54,872 bases of DNA from a virus (Duplodnaviria; Caudoviricetes). A program made the position numbers and the translations under genes. The notes under the pieces were generated by a model, which searched no databases, was not told the DNA's origin, and saw only the letters and a list, made by a program, of their open reading frames with translations. Positions 1 through 8,257 of this stretch are shown piece after piece; position 1 is the stretch's first letter; each line of letters starts with the position of its first letter. The DNA lies in the IMG/VR virus record IMGVR_UViG_3300017971_000334, positions 1 through 54,872 of that record; one strand, given 5' to 3'.

Positions 1-53
1 ACCGCCCGTAGTAGCCAGTGGTTATCAGGTAGATTAAGGTCTGCGATTCTCAT
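1..53 (-). CDS. 5' part of second copy of the Trp-pentapeptide-repeat gene (runs off the left edge)
   Basis: ATG at 53 gives MRIADLNLPDNHWLLRA, identical to the N-terminus of 90..542; bases 1-67 repeat bases 490-556. Confidence 0.8.
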   Translation of the reverse strand, partial: MRIADLNLPDNHWLLRA

Positions 54-89
54 AATTCTGTTCCTTTCCTTTCGTGTTTGTTTCCGTCT

Positions 90-542
90 TTATCTGGGCG
101 CTATAGTTGAGCGTATGTTTCCGTTCAACCAGGTCCCGCTCTGCCAGGTTCCGGTCTTCCAGGTCCCGTCCTCCCAGATCCCGCCCTTCCAGGTCCCGCT
201 CTGCCAGGTTCCGTTCAACCAGATCCCGCTCTGCCAGGTTCCGTTCAACCAGATCCCGTTCTGCCAGGTTCCGTTCAACCAGATTCCGTTCTTCCAGGTT
301 CCGGCCTGCCAGGTTCCGTTCCGCCAGGTTCCGTTCTGCCAGGTCCCGTCCCTCCAGGTCCCGTCCCACCAGATTCCGCCCTGCCAGGTTCCGCCCTGCC
401 AGGTTCCGTCCCACCAGGTTCCGTTCTTCCAGGTCCCGGATTTCCAGACGACTTTATCGTTAATAACTTCGATATCCTCGTCCTTAACGACCGCCCGTAG
501 TAGCCAGTGGTTATCAGGTAGATTAAGGTCTGCGATTCTCAT
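90..542 (-). CDS. Trp-rich pentapeptide repeat protein (G-T/I-W-x-x)n
   Basis: 150-aa ORF with about 21 tandem G[TI]Wxx units from a 15-nt degenerate repeat; AAAGGAA RBS-like sequence upstream. Confidence 0.8.
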   Translation of the reverse strand: MRIADLNLPDNHWLLRAVVKDEDIEVINDKVVWKSGTWKNGTWWDGTWQGGTWQGGIWWDGTWRDGTWQNGTWRNGTWQAGTWKNGIWLNGTWQNGIWLNGTWQSGIWLNGTWQSGTWKGGIWEDGTWKTGTWQSGTWLNGNIRSTIAPR

Positions 543-593
543 AATTCTGTTCCTTTCGTTTTGTTTCCGTTTTCATATGGTGACAGATTCCTT

Positions 594-944
594 TCAGCCT
601 ATGTAGGCAGGGGCTGGGGGTTTGGACTGGGAGTCTAGCCATTCGTCCAGTTCGTTTGCCAAACTACGCAGGTCAGTGTCATCGACATCCAGAGGTCGCA
701 GGTCGGCAACGGCGTCCGAGACGACCTGGAGCTCCAGCAAGTCCTGGAGGTTGTCGGCGGCCCCCTTTAGCTCCTCTGCCACGTATTCGATGGGGCTGAG
801 GTCGGGCTGGAGAGCGCAAACGGCGAGGTCGTAGGCGCGGCGACACGTGATGCAGAGGGTAAGGGGCAGGCTGTTAGGCCCCGGTGGTCCGGGAACGTTG
901 GAGTATGCAGGATTAAGACAGTCCGGAGTTGAACAGTATATCAT
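594..944 (-). CDS. hypothetical protein with Cys pairs (CxxxxC...CxxC)
   Basis: 116-aa ORF, AAGGAGA RBS before ATG. Confidence 0.65.
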   Translation of the reverse strand: MIYCSTPDCLNPAYSNVPGPPGPNSLPLTLCITCRRAYDLAVCALQPDLSPIEYVAEELKGAADNLQDLLELQVVSDAVADLRPLDVDDTDLRSLANELDEWLDSQSKPPAPAYIG

Positions 945-1039
945 GGGGATCTCCTTATTTGAACGCTATCCATAGGTTATACAGGATAAACAGTAGGGCG
1001 GCAATGCAGAGCAGCCCTAGTACGTAGTTCGACAGTTCT

Positions 1040-1243
1040 TTACAGTTCACAGGGGTCTCCTTTCTTGAGTGAGTGCAGGAGGCCGAGGAGACTGGCCGCC
1101 TCTTGGATGGTTCGGCAGGTTTCGCAGCGGGGCGTCGAGTGAAAGTCGCCTTGCCGGTCGTCCTCGTGGTGGGTTTCGAGCGCCACCTTGAGGCGGGAGA
1201 CAGTCTCGATGATCCGATTGTTGAGGTCAGTTGATACGATCAT
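1040..1243 (-). CDS. hypothetical protein
   Basis: MIVSTDL... start overlaps the upstream stop (ATGA); GGAGG RBS; HxxxxCxxC motif. Confidence 0.55.
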   Translation of the reverse strand: MIVSTDLNNRIIETVSRLKVALETHHEDDRQGDFHSTPRCETCRTIQEAASLLGLLHSLKKGDPCEL

Positions 1244-1575
1244 TGTGGGCCTCCTTCCGCCTTGGCGATAGCGTCCAGTAGTATTTTCCGGGCAGCGGTC
1301 CGGTTCTCTAGCTCTGCGGCTGTACATTTAGCGGGCAGGCTGTCCAAAAACTTATTGAGGTCTTCGCACGCTTGCAGCAGGTCCGGCGCGGCGGCGATCA
1401 GGTTTGCCGTACCACGATTAACCCCACCGGAAACGGAGAAATGGTTTTTGTCTTTGAACGTGCCACCTTCAATTTCATGTTGGACCAGAAGGTAATAGTC
1501 CTGGTCCCTTAGTGGGGCGTAGCTTGGACCGGTTATGTGCCACGGTCCGGGTGTATAGTGCTTACTCTTACTCAT
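1240..1575 (-). CDS. conserved phage early protein (TPGPW...ANLIAAAPDLL family)
   Basis: Motifs TPGPW and ANLIAAAPDLLQAC are typical of a common small phage protein family; start placed at MSKSK. Confidence 0.75.
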   Translation of the reverse strand: MSKSKHYTPGPWHITGPSYAPLRDQDYYLLVQHEIEGGTFKDKNHFSVSGGVNRGTANLIAAAPDLLQACEDLNKFLDSLPAKCTAAELENRTAARKILLDAIAKAEGGPQ

Positions 1576-1646
1576 CTCCGGTTTGTTCCTTAGTAGTGGC
1601 CCGCCCCCAGGGGCGAGGCGGGCTGGCAAAAATTATCATACCATTA

Positions 1647-1850
1647 TTATGCAACGGTAAATCTCACAATTTGATACGCCAGGGCATAACAGTAATTCTG
1701 TTCGGAATACGGCAGATTTAGGTGTGGTTCCCAGCACGCTTCCCTATCGCTCCTGTAAATTCCATCATGCAAACGGAGGAATTTGGCCGGATCGGGACTT
1801 ATGATTTCATTGGCAAATCTGGCCAAGCTACGATTTTGATACGTTTTCAT
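1647..1850 (-). CDS. hypothetical protein
   Basis: 67-aa ORF preceded by the shared GAAAGGGTAAAAAAATG leader. Confidence 0.6.
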   Translation of the reverse strand: MKTYQNRSLARFANEIISPDPAKFLRLHDGIYRSDREACWEPHLNLPYSEQNYCYALAYQIVRFTVA

Positions 1851-1917
1851 TTTTTTACCCTTTCATTTTGTTTTGCCCGGCCCCCCGGCACCGAGCCGGG
1901 AGGCAAGGGCAAAAGGA

Positions 1918-2295
1918 TCAATAACCATGCCAGTCATTATCTACAAATCGTTTATAGGGACTGCGACGGGGCGGCGATACTGACTCGTAATTGATCGTTT
2001 TGAACGCCCGGTCCCCGACACGTTGGATGTCGAATTTCTGCCCCGGGGTTCCCCACCGAATAAACGCCTCTAGTTCCTCTATGGCGGAAAATCGCTGAAC
2101 CCAGTCATCGCTTTCGCGAGCGAGAGTTACCAGATTTTCCGGCGTGATGAGGCTCTCTGGGGTTCCACTCGAATAAAAGCCGCCATCCCCGCCTCCAACG
2201 AGGCGGCGGGGGATTGATTCGCCAATTTTCAAATCAGTCAAAAATTTCATTCCACGCTCCATCTCGTCGGGAGTCAGTTTTTTTGCCTTTTTCAT
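1918..2295 (-). CDS. hypothetical protein
   Basis: 125-aa ORF with the shared leader. Confidence 0.7.
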   Translation of the reverse strand: MKKAKKLTPDEMERGMKFLTDLKIGESIPRRLVGGGDGGFYSSGTPESLITPENLVTLARESDDWVQRFSAIEELEAFIRWGTPGQKFDIQRVGDRAFKTINYESVSPPRRSPYKRFVDNDWHGY

Positions 2296-2319
2296 TTTTT
2301 TACCCTTTCCGTGTTTGTA

Positions 2320-2607
2320 TCATTTAGCTTCAAACTTAGTCATGCCGTCAGTAAATACCGTCAAGCTATCACCCTTGTTTATCTCGTCCACATGAACTAG
2401 TTGGGAGTTCAGAAATCTGCGTATGTGTTTGCACTCTCTGCCGTATTTACTAGCAGGGCAATCACACTCCCAAAGCGCGATATACTCAGGATCACCGTCA
2501 CCGCTACCAGCATATCGGATATGGTACTGGTTTCCGGTTTTAGAGTGCACAGCAAAACTGTCGGCGTTTTCAGTAACACAAATAATTTTCATTTCGATAT
2601 TTTCCAT
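2320..2607 (-). CDS. SWIM-type zinc finger protein
   Basis: WECDCPA...CKH matches CxC-xn-CxH; shared leader. Confidence 0.75.
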   Translation of the reverse strand: MENIEMKIICVTENADSFAVHSKTGNQYHIRYAGSGDGDPEYIALWECDCPASKYGRECKHIRRFLNSQLVHVDEINKGDSLTVFTDGMTKFEAK

Positions 2608-2684
2608 TTTTTCGCCCTTTCTGTTTGTTTTACCCGGCCCCCCGCAACGGCGCGGGGGGCAAGGGTAAAAAAGCTCAATCCTAA

Positions 2685-3032
2685 CTAATCCGCCTGGAAG
2701 TCGATGATTACCTGGGCCAGTCTGCCATGTTCGTCGTGCGTGGCATAGATCGGGTAAACGCCGTCGCCACCAAAATGCGAGATAACGGTGGTTAGGCCGT
2801 TAGCACCGCTGGCGCACTCAGCATGGGTGACTCCGCTCGGCGATTCGATCCGTCGGAAATTAGCCAGAAATTCATGCCACGACGTACCGAAAAAACGATC
2901 AAGTCGCTCGTGGGGCTGGTCGGCGTGAGGCGATTTGTGCAGGTGATAACAGGGGTCGCCGAGCATCAACAATCCGGCGTCCACCCCGACACAACTGTAA
3001 ACCTTAGTTTCATCAAATTTGATTGTTTTCAT
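2685..3032 (-). CDS. conserved phage protein (GVDAG...DPCY...GGDGxYP, DUF4241-like)
   Basis: Motifs GVDAGLLMLGDPCY and FGGDGVYPIY; shared leader. Confidence 0.65.
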   Translation of the reverse strand: MKTIKFDETKVYSCVGVDAGLLMLGDPCYHLHKSPHADQPHERLDRFFGTSWHEFLANFRRIESPSGVTHAECASGANGLTTVISHFGGDGVYPIYATHDEHGRLAQVIIDFQAD

Positions 3033-3055
3033 TTTTTTACCCTTTCCGTAATGTT

Positions 3056-4063
3056 TTACCCGGCCCCCCGCAACGCCTCATCCGCCCAGTCCTCGCCTGC
3101 GTATTCTTGTAAAATTTCAGGTTCCACCGGTCTTTCATATTTAACTTGTTCCAAAACAGCCGAGTGGTGCATTGATTCCCAGTCTTTCAACCATCTTAGA
3201 TATTTTGCTTTAGTTTTACCGGTCGATATTTCATGTCCTTTTTTTAACCATTCGTAAAACTCTTTTTTGGTCATCTCACGTGGAGTTGCGGTTACTTTGT
3301 ACTCTTTACCCGCCGCCGTCGGCGCTTCTTTTGCCTGGGGTGCGATCTCCTTTAGTTTTTTGGTTTCCAGATCGTACAACTCCGGACTGGCGGGACTGTA
3401 CAACTCGCCCGGATCAAATTTCATAATCGCGCCGCTAGGAACCCTGACGCGAACCTTGTTTTGCCCGGTGACGGACTGAACTTCTCCCGTATAGATCAAG
3501 CGACCATCTATTTTGCTCGGTTTCTTACCCAGATAATCAACCTTCATCCCCGATTTAATTTCTATTCCGTCTTTCGTTTTACACGGTTCTGTACCCGCCG
3601 CCGTCGGCGGAGTCGCCGTGCCCGTGGGTTTTACAATAACATGAGGGACATTAGGCGGTGTTTTCCTAATAGACCATTTCCCTTTTTCCGTTTTAGACAC
3701 ATATAGAGTGATATTTGTTTTATTTGCGTTATTTTGTGCTTGTTTTCTTATGTTGTCCGGCAATATTGGTTCATTGGATATTCGCTCAAAACCTTGTTCA
3801 GTCGCCCATTTTTCTGCTTCAGTAGCCGTTCTTGCATCTGTTATACGGTGATACTCTCCTTTTTTAAGTCCCATATACCAGAAACCAAGTTTTTTGAACC
3901 AATACCCTCGATGTTCTCTCTCTAAAGGATTTTCTGCGCTAGCAATGCTATCGAAGCCATGAATATAACTAGTTTTAATTTCTTTACCCGCCGCCGTCGC
4001 TTGACGTAATAGCCTTTCTTGCTCCTTAAGCCTTTGTATTTGTTTGTTTTCTTCCGTTTCCAT
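3056..4063 (-). CDS. modular hypothetical early protein with three TAAG(K/T)E linkers
   Basis: Start at METEEN follows the shared leader; one module (IKSGMKVDY...TGEVQSV...VRV) looks SH3/KOW-like. Confidence 0.7.
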   Translation of the reverse strand: METEENKQIQRLKEQERLLRQATAAGKEIKTSYIHGFDSIASAENPLEREHRGYWFKKLGFWYMGLKKGEYHRITDARTATEAEKWATEQGFERISNEPILPDNIRKQAQNNANKTNITLYVSKTEKGKWSIRKTPPNVPHVIVKPTGTATPPTAAGTEPCKTKDGIEIKSGMKVDYLGKKPSKIDGRLIYTGEVQSVTGQNKVRVRVPSGAIMKFDPGELYSPASPELYDLETKKLKEIAPQAKEAPTAAGKEYKVTATPREMTKKEFYEWLKKGHEISTGKTKAKYLRWLKDWESMHHSAVLEQVKYERPVEPEILQEYAGEDWADEALRGAG

Positions 4064-4137
4064 TTTTTCGCCCTTTCTGTTTGTTTTACCCGGCCCCCCG
4101 CAACGGCGCGGGGGGCAAGGGTAAAAGATATTCATTA

Positions 4138-4344
4138 TTACACGCCGGAAAAGTCCTCCGCTAAATACATCTTTGCGACCTTAGCGTCGTAATCGCGACG
4201 ACCGCGACTACATGCGGCGGCGTAGGCAGCCGTTTTTTTGCCGCCATGCTGACGGCAATCTGATACAAAATCAGATAGATCATCATCAGTCAGATCATCT
4301 ATGATCCTGTAAAGTACCTCGTACTCGTGATTTGACATTTTCAT
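4138..4344 (-). CDS. hypothetical protein
   Basis: Start MKMSNHE follows the shared leader. Confidence 0.6.
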   Translation of the reverse strand: MKMSNHEYEVLYRIIDDLTDDDLSDFVSDCRQHGGKKTAAYAAACSRGRRDYDAKVAKMYLAEDFSGV

Positions 4345-4367
4345 TTTTTTACCCTTTCCGTAATGTT

Positions 4368-4772
4368 TTACCCGGCCCCCCGCAACGCCTTTTTTACACA
4401 CCCCAATTCATCGAATAAGCCCCATATGTTTAGTAGTAGTTCCTTATCTGGCCCCGTCAGAACTGCTGATGCCCCGTCGAACCAGTCAAGATACCAAAAT
4501 TCAATTCGGTAAGGCACATTTTGAGGGTCGCAGTAAAAGCGAAATTCTTCGGCTGGTCCGCCCCACGATATCTGATAGCGGAAATAGCCGCCATCCTGGT
4601 CGGAGAAGGTGCCAGCAGGAACAAAATCAAAGCATAGGCCGTATTCACTCAAGAGCCCGTACTCAGATTCCGGTTTTTCTCCACACTCGACCGCCCATAG
4701 ATCCTCTATGACCTCTAGTTCTCGCTGTAGTGATTCGCCTACAATGTCCGCACATTTTTTTTCCGTTTTCAT
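4368..4772 (-). CDS. conserved phage early protein (SWGGP motif)
   Basis: YQISWGGPAEEFRF...YLDWFDGA motif; shared leader. Confidence 0.7.
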   Translation of the reverse strand: MKTEKKCADIVGESLQRELEVIEDLWAVECGEKPESEYGLLSEYGLCFDFVPAGTFSDQDGGYFRYQISWGGPAEEFRFYCDPQNVPYRIEFWYLDWFDGASAVLTGPDKELLLNIWGLFDELGCVKKALRGAG

Positions 4773-4860
4773 CTTTTTACCCTTTCAATCGATATAAGTA
4801 ACAATAATCCTGTTAGTACAATGTTGGGAACGGGGCCGAAGCGTTCCCAAGGTTTACGGC

Positions 4861-5283
4861 TTAACCAACTATAGATACTTCGATGTTTTTATCACTATCG
4901 GCGATTAAGCCGATAGTTTGGTTAAGCCAAGATCCATACACTTGGTGCAGATAGTCCTTGATGTCGTTCCGGTTCGTCCCCGTGATACGTAAATCGAAGT
5001 CGAAAGCAAGGGAAGGTGTCACAATGACTTTGTGAGTAGTCCAGCCGTCATACATACCGTTTTCGTTCATGTGGTGGTATTCAACGTTGAATACGAGCCG
5101 GCCCGGTTTGCTATCGACTGATAGCTTGGTTCCACAGTCGATACCCGAACCGCTAGGGGCGGTATTCATAATACCTTCGAGGGTTTGGGAATGTTTCTCA
5201 TACCACAGGTTGCTTCCAGACTTATCGCAATTCTCTAGAGCGATAAGTAACGACGATAGTTGTTTGTAGACTTTTGTTTCCAT
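4861..5283 (-). CDS. conserved phage early protein (PSGSGID motif)
   Basis: PSGSGID and YHHMNENGMYDGWT motifs; GGAGGT RBS; first gene after the promoter at 5331-5359. Confidence 0.75.
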   Translation of the reverse strand: METKVYKQLSSLLIALENCDKSGSNLWYEKHSQTLEGIMNTAPSGSGIDCGTKLSVDSKPGRLVFNVEYHHMNENGMYDGWTTHKVIVTPSLAFDFDLRITGTNRNDIKDYLHQVYGSWLNQTIGLIADSDKNIEVSIVG

Positions 5284-5330
5284 GACAGATACCTCCGGTT
5301 AGAGTTATAATTCGTCAAGGTCACTATACA

Positions 5331-5359
5331 ACTATACACTATATCGGTTTATAGTGCAA
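5331..5359 (-). promoter_or_regulatory. sigma70-like early promoter with overlapping palindrome
   Basis: TTGCAC (5359-5354), 17 bp, TATAGT (5336-5331); A-tracts upstream; palindrome CACTATA-N6-TATAGTG at 5337-5356. Confidence 0.65.
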
Positions 5360-5477
5360 GTTTTATGATGATTTTTTTTCTTTTTTTCAGAAATATAAGG
5401 TACGCCTAGGGCGGGATTTACGGTTTAGGTGAGAGAGGTAGGGTGGGTAAGATGGGCAATTGTGATGTGCGTTACAA

Positions 5478-5497
5478 TGTGGATAAAATGTGGATAA
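5478..5497 (-). promoter_or_regulatory. two tandem consensus DnaA boxes
   Basis: TGTGGATAA (reverse complement TTATCCACA) at 5478-5486 and 5489-5497. Confidence 0.65.
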
Positions 5498-5568
5498 GTC
5501 TATGTTGCAAAAAGACAACGTGAGTTCGAGGCGATGTTGCGAAAAAGCAACACGAGTGTATCGCTTGG

Positions 5569-5645
5569 GTGAGACACTATGTCTCATTTAAGTGAGACAT
5601 GTCTCATTTAAGTGAGACACTATGTATCACCTACGTGAGACACTA
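5569..5645. repeat. palindromic iteron/operator-like repeats GTGAGACA(CTA)TGTCTCA
   Basis: Four GTGAGACA copies, two followed by the inverted TGTCTCA and one by TGTATCA. Confidence 0.85.
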
Positions 5646-6062
5646 ATTCCTACCGGATTAGTGGGTATTACGCGCCGATTTCCGGTTATCCTGCTGATTT
5701 ATCGCCAATTCTCCTGGATCCGCCCGGATCCGCCGGCATATCGCCGGAACCGGCCCGGAACCGTACCGACTGGTCGGTATGCCTTTGTCCCGCCGGCGTC
5801 TTATGGCTCGGTCCGCCAACCGCCGTCTGCCAACCTTAACTGGTAGGCCCAAACCGTCAACGCAAGCCAGACGCAGCGTGACGGCGGACGGCAAAACCCC
5901 CCCGGCTGCGCGCGGGAGAGGGGGGGATTGACCTCACTCATTGTAAAAACCCCCCAGATGGGCCGCCCAGTCAAGGCACTCAAACTTTTCCTGCCCGCCT
6001 TGGGAAAACGCCCCTCACGCCCCAAAAACGCCGTTTCGTACCTGTCCCCCCCACTGTAATTA

Positions 6063-6247
6063 TTGAATGCCTTAACGTCTTGGCTTGTAAGTCCTTACCC
6101 CGTAAGGAGATCAAGACTGTCAAAGGCGTTCAAAGGCGTTCAAAGGCTTTAAGGCATTCAACCAAGGCGTTCAAACTCCGACCCGTTGACCATCTTGATC
6201 TCCAGTTCCGACAAGGGTTTACGTTCCAAGGCTTTAAGGCGTTCAAA
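6063..6247. repeat. AAGGC(G/A)TTCAA direct repeats and a 13-bp inverted repeat
   Basis: CAAAGGCGTT tandem from 6121, further copies near 6151, 6164, 6236; TTGAATGCCTTAA (6063-6075) is inverted at 6149-6161. Confidence 0.7.
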
Positions 6248-6411
6248 TTGGGGGCCTCTAGGGGGAAATCTGAGCGCCTTGACAAAACTACCCCCCGTGC
6301 TGTACTTCATACGAAATAGGAGACCCGACATGTCAAGCTCGCCCTCCTGGAGCTGCTGAAGATCGTCGCCGCCCCCACCACCTACGCCTGATTGAACCCT
6401 TCCGGGGTCCT

Positions 6412-6789
6412 TCAATCGTTCCGGTGTCTCTCGTCCTCCTCGACGAGGCCCTCCATCCGCAGCCGGTGCAGTTCCCGCGCCATCATCGCCAACCGTCTCC
6501 CCAACGGATGCTCGTCGGGATTCCTCTCGGCCTCCGGGTGGCTGAAATACTCCTGTTCCTCCTCGATCAGCTCGTTCATCACCTGGTAGTATTCCTCTAC
6601 TTCCTCCAGCCGTTCCTTCCACAGCTCATCCGAGTCCCGGAACCCCAGCCAAGTCGGAACCAGCCTCGCCTGTCGTCGGGCCACGTCGAGGTGATGCTGG
6701 TGCAGGTTTCCCCCGTACCGTTCCCACCGGCGGAAGGCCGCCACGCCGACCCATATCCGGGGGTCCTTCAATGCTTCCGATGGCTTCAT
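6412..6789 (-). CDS. hypothetical protein
   Basis: 125-aa ORF with AAGGAG RBS, flanked on both sides by the 15-bp motif. Confidence 0.65.
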   Translation of the reverse strand: MKPSEALKDPRIWVGVAAFRRWERYGGNLHQHHLDVARRQARLVPTWLGFRDSDELWKERLEEVEEYYQVMNELIEEEQEYFSHPEAERNPDEHPLGRRLAMMARELHRLRMEGLVEEDERHRND

Positions 6790-6837
6790 ATCGTACTCCT
6801 TTCCTCTCGTTACTCGTTGATGAACCCTTCCGGGGTC

Positions 6838-7947
6838 CTATCCCTCGTCGGCCCGTTCGTAGGCCCCCTCGTTTTCCCGAAGCACCTCTTGGAACGACTT
6901 ACGGCGGGTGGGTGAGCCGTTGGACGCCAAGCGCCAGTACCAGGACTTTCCCTGCCGGTAGGACTGCACGTCGAGGTTTTTCTTGGCCCGCCGCAGGGTG
7001 GACTCGCTCACGTCGTCTCCCAGCTCCTCCAGCACGTCCTCGGCCTTTCGGGGTCCGTCGGCCAGCGCCCGACGGATCAGCTTTTCCGCCTGGTCGCAGG
7101 CTCCCGCCTGCGTCCCCGCCGCGCTTTCGGGGGAGATCAGGCCGTCGGCGCTCATGTAGAAGCTCTCCGGCTCGAACTGGATAATCCCGTCCTCGATGTC
7201 GAAGGCCATGCAGGGCGGTTCCGGTCCGAGGTTGAACTTGATGGGCGACAGTATCCTCCGTCCCCTTACCTCCCTGTCGAACGCCAGACCCCAGCCGCTG
7301 CGGGCCAGCGCGACAAACGCCAGCGAGCCGGTGGTCCTGTAAATCGCTCGAACCGCGTCGTTCTTGGTCAGGTGGCTGATGAGCAGTACGGCGGGCCTGC
7401 TGGGGGCCTCCCCTATCCAGTAGGACAGCGGTTCCAGCTTCGCCCTTACGTCGGCGTTCTTGTGGCTGTCCGTGGACCCCATGTAGCTGGTGATCGTGTC
7501 GATGACGATGAGTTGTAAATCGTCGATCTCCCCTATCCGTCGGGCCAGCAGGTCGATGTCCCGGTCCAGGTCGAACGTGTACCGCTTCAGGCTGCCCTTG
7601 ATGCGGCTGCCCTTGATGATCTTCACCTTCTTCTCGTCGGCTCCCACCTTCCGCATCCGGGGCTTGATGGTGTTGTTGGCTCTCTCCTCCGAGTTGAGGA
7701 TCATCACCGTGCCCTTCTCGAACCGCCCGTTCCCGTCCGGGCAGACGCCCCCCTTGGTAATCAGCGCCCCTATGGTCTGCGACAGGAAGCTCTTACCGGT
7801 GCCGGGGTCGCCGGACAGAATGGAGATCATGCCCTTGGGGATATGGTTCGGCCACAACCATTCGACTTCCTCCTCCTCTATATCGTACAGGTCCTCCTCG
7901 ATCAACTCCCACTCAGCCGGGGGTTTCCCGTTCGCCTCACTCGCCAT
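6838..7947 (-). CDS. RepA-like (AAA_25, RecA-fold) replicative helicase
   Basis: VEWLWP, Walker A GDPGTGKS, Walker B LIVIDT, LLISH, GSLAF...AR, KFNLG; C-terminal HTH-like STLRRAKKNL. Confidence 0.85.
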   Translation of the reverse strand: MASEANGKPPAEWELIEEDLYDIEEEEVEWLWPNHIPKGMISILSGDPGTGKSFLSQTIGALITKGGVCPDGNGRFEKGTVMILNSEERANNTIKPRMRKVGADEKKVKIIKGSRIKGSLKRYTFDLDRDIDLLARRIGEIDDLQLIVIDTITSYMGSTDSHKNADVRAKLEPLSYWIGEAPSRPAVLLISHLTKNDAVRAIYRTTGSLAFVALARSGWGLAFDREVRGRRILSPIKFNLGPEPPCMAFDIEDGIIQFEPESFYMSADGLISPESAAGTQAGACDQAEKLIRRALADGPRKAEDVLEELGDDVSESTLRRAKKNLDVQSYRQGKSWYWRLASNGSPTRRKSFQEVLRENEGAYERADEG

Positions 7948-7965
7948 CGGTGCCCTTTCCTGGTA

Positions 7966-8163
7966 CTAGCTATTAGAGTCGCGTGCCTCTCTGTATCCAC
8001 CCACCCACCCCTCTCGAAACCCGGCATACAGCAGAACCCGAAGGAGGGGGGACGTGTCGGGGTCGGGGGGGTGGTACACGTCTTGCAGGTTGATTACCTG
8101 GATGAATCGCTCAAACGCCTGGTAACAGGGGTCCGGCTCCAATTCTTCCGATTCGTCACTCAT
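7966..8163 (-). CDS. hypothetical protein
   Basis: 65-aa ORF with AGGAGA RBS. Confidence 0.55.
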   Translation of the reverse strand: MSDESEELEPDPCYQAFERFIQVINLQDVYHPPDPDTSPLLRVLLYAGFREGWVGGYREARDSNS

Positions 8164-8257
8164 GTCGTCTCCTGTCTAACCCTTCCGGGGTCCTTTTATC
8201 TCGTATTTCCTGCCCACACCCCCAGCAAAAACATAAAATAAAACCCGGCGATCAAGT

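Larger units (their letters stand above)
1848..4786 (-). repeat. family of intergenic hairpin + leader modules in front of early genes
   Basis: Full hairpins at 1871-1914, 2628-2670, 4084-4126 (TTTTACCC-G-GCCCCCCGC-loop-GCGGGGGGC-AA-GGGTAAAA). 2601-2670 = 4057-4126 (70 bp). Half copies 3030-3078 = 4342-4390 (49 bp). Leader GAAAGGG(T/CG)AAAAA..ATG precedes starts at 1850, 2295, 2607, 3032, 4063, 4344, 4772. Confidence 0.9.

Noticed and set aside
90-542. Diversity-generating retroelement acting on the duplicated Trp-repeat genes
   Set aside because: No reverse transcriptase was recognised, and differences between copies involve whole repeat units and are not adenine-specific.
34-606. Alternative repeat ORFs (RNLAE, FRSAR, QVPFC frames)
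   Set aside because: Shadow frames of the 15-nt repeat; only the Trp frame has an RBS and non-repetitive ends conserved in the second copy.
1871-4126. Integron attC sites
   Set aside because: No RYYYAAC/GTTRRRY ends and no tyrosine recombinase in the window.
5680-6050. Short ORFs and CCGG-rich stretch as genes or a genome terminus
   Set aside because: No RBS or protein-like composition; a terminus cannot be supported without read data.
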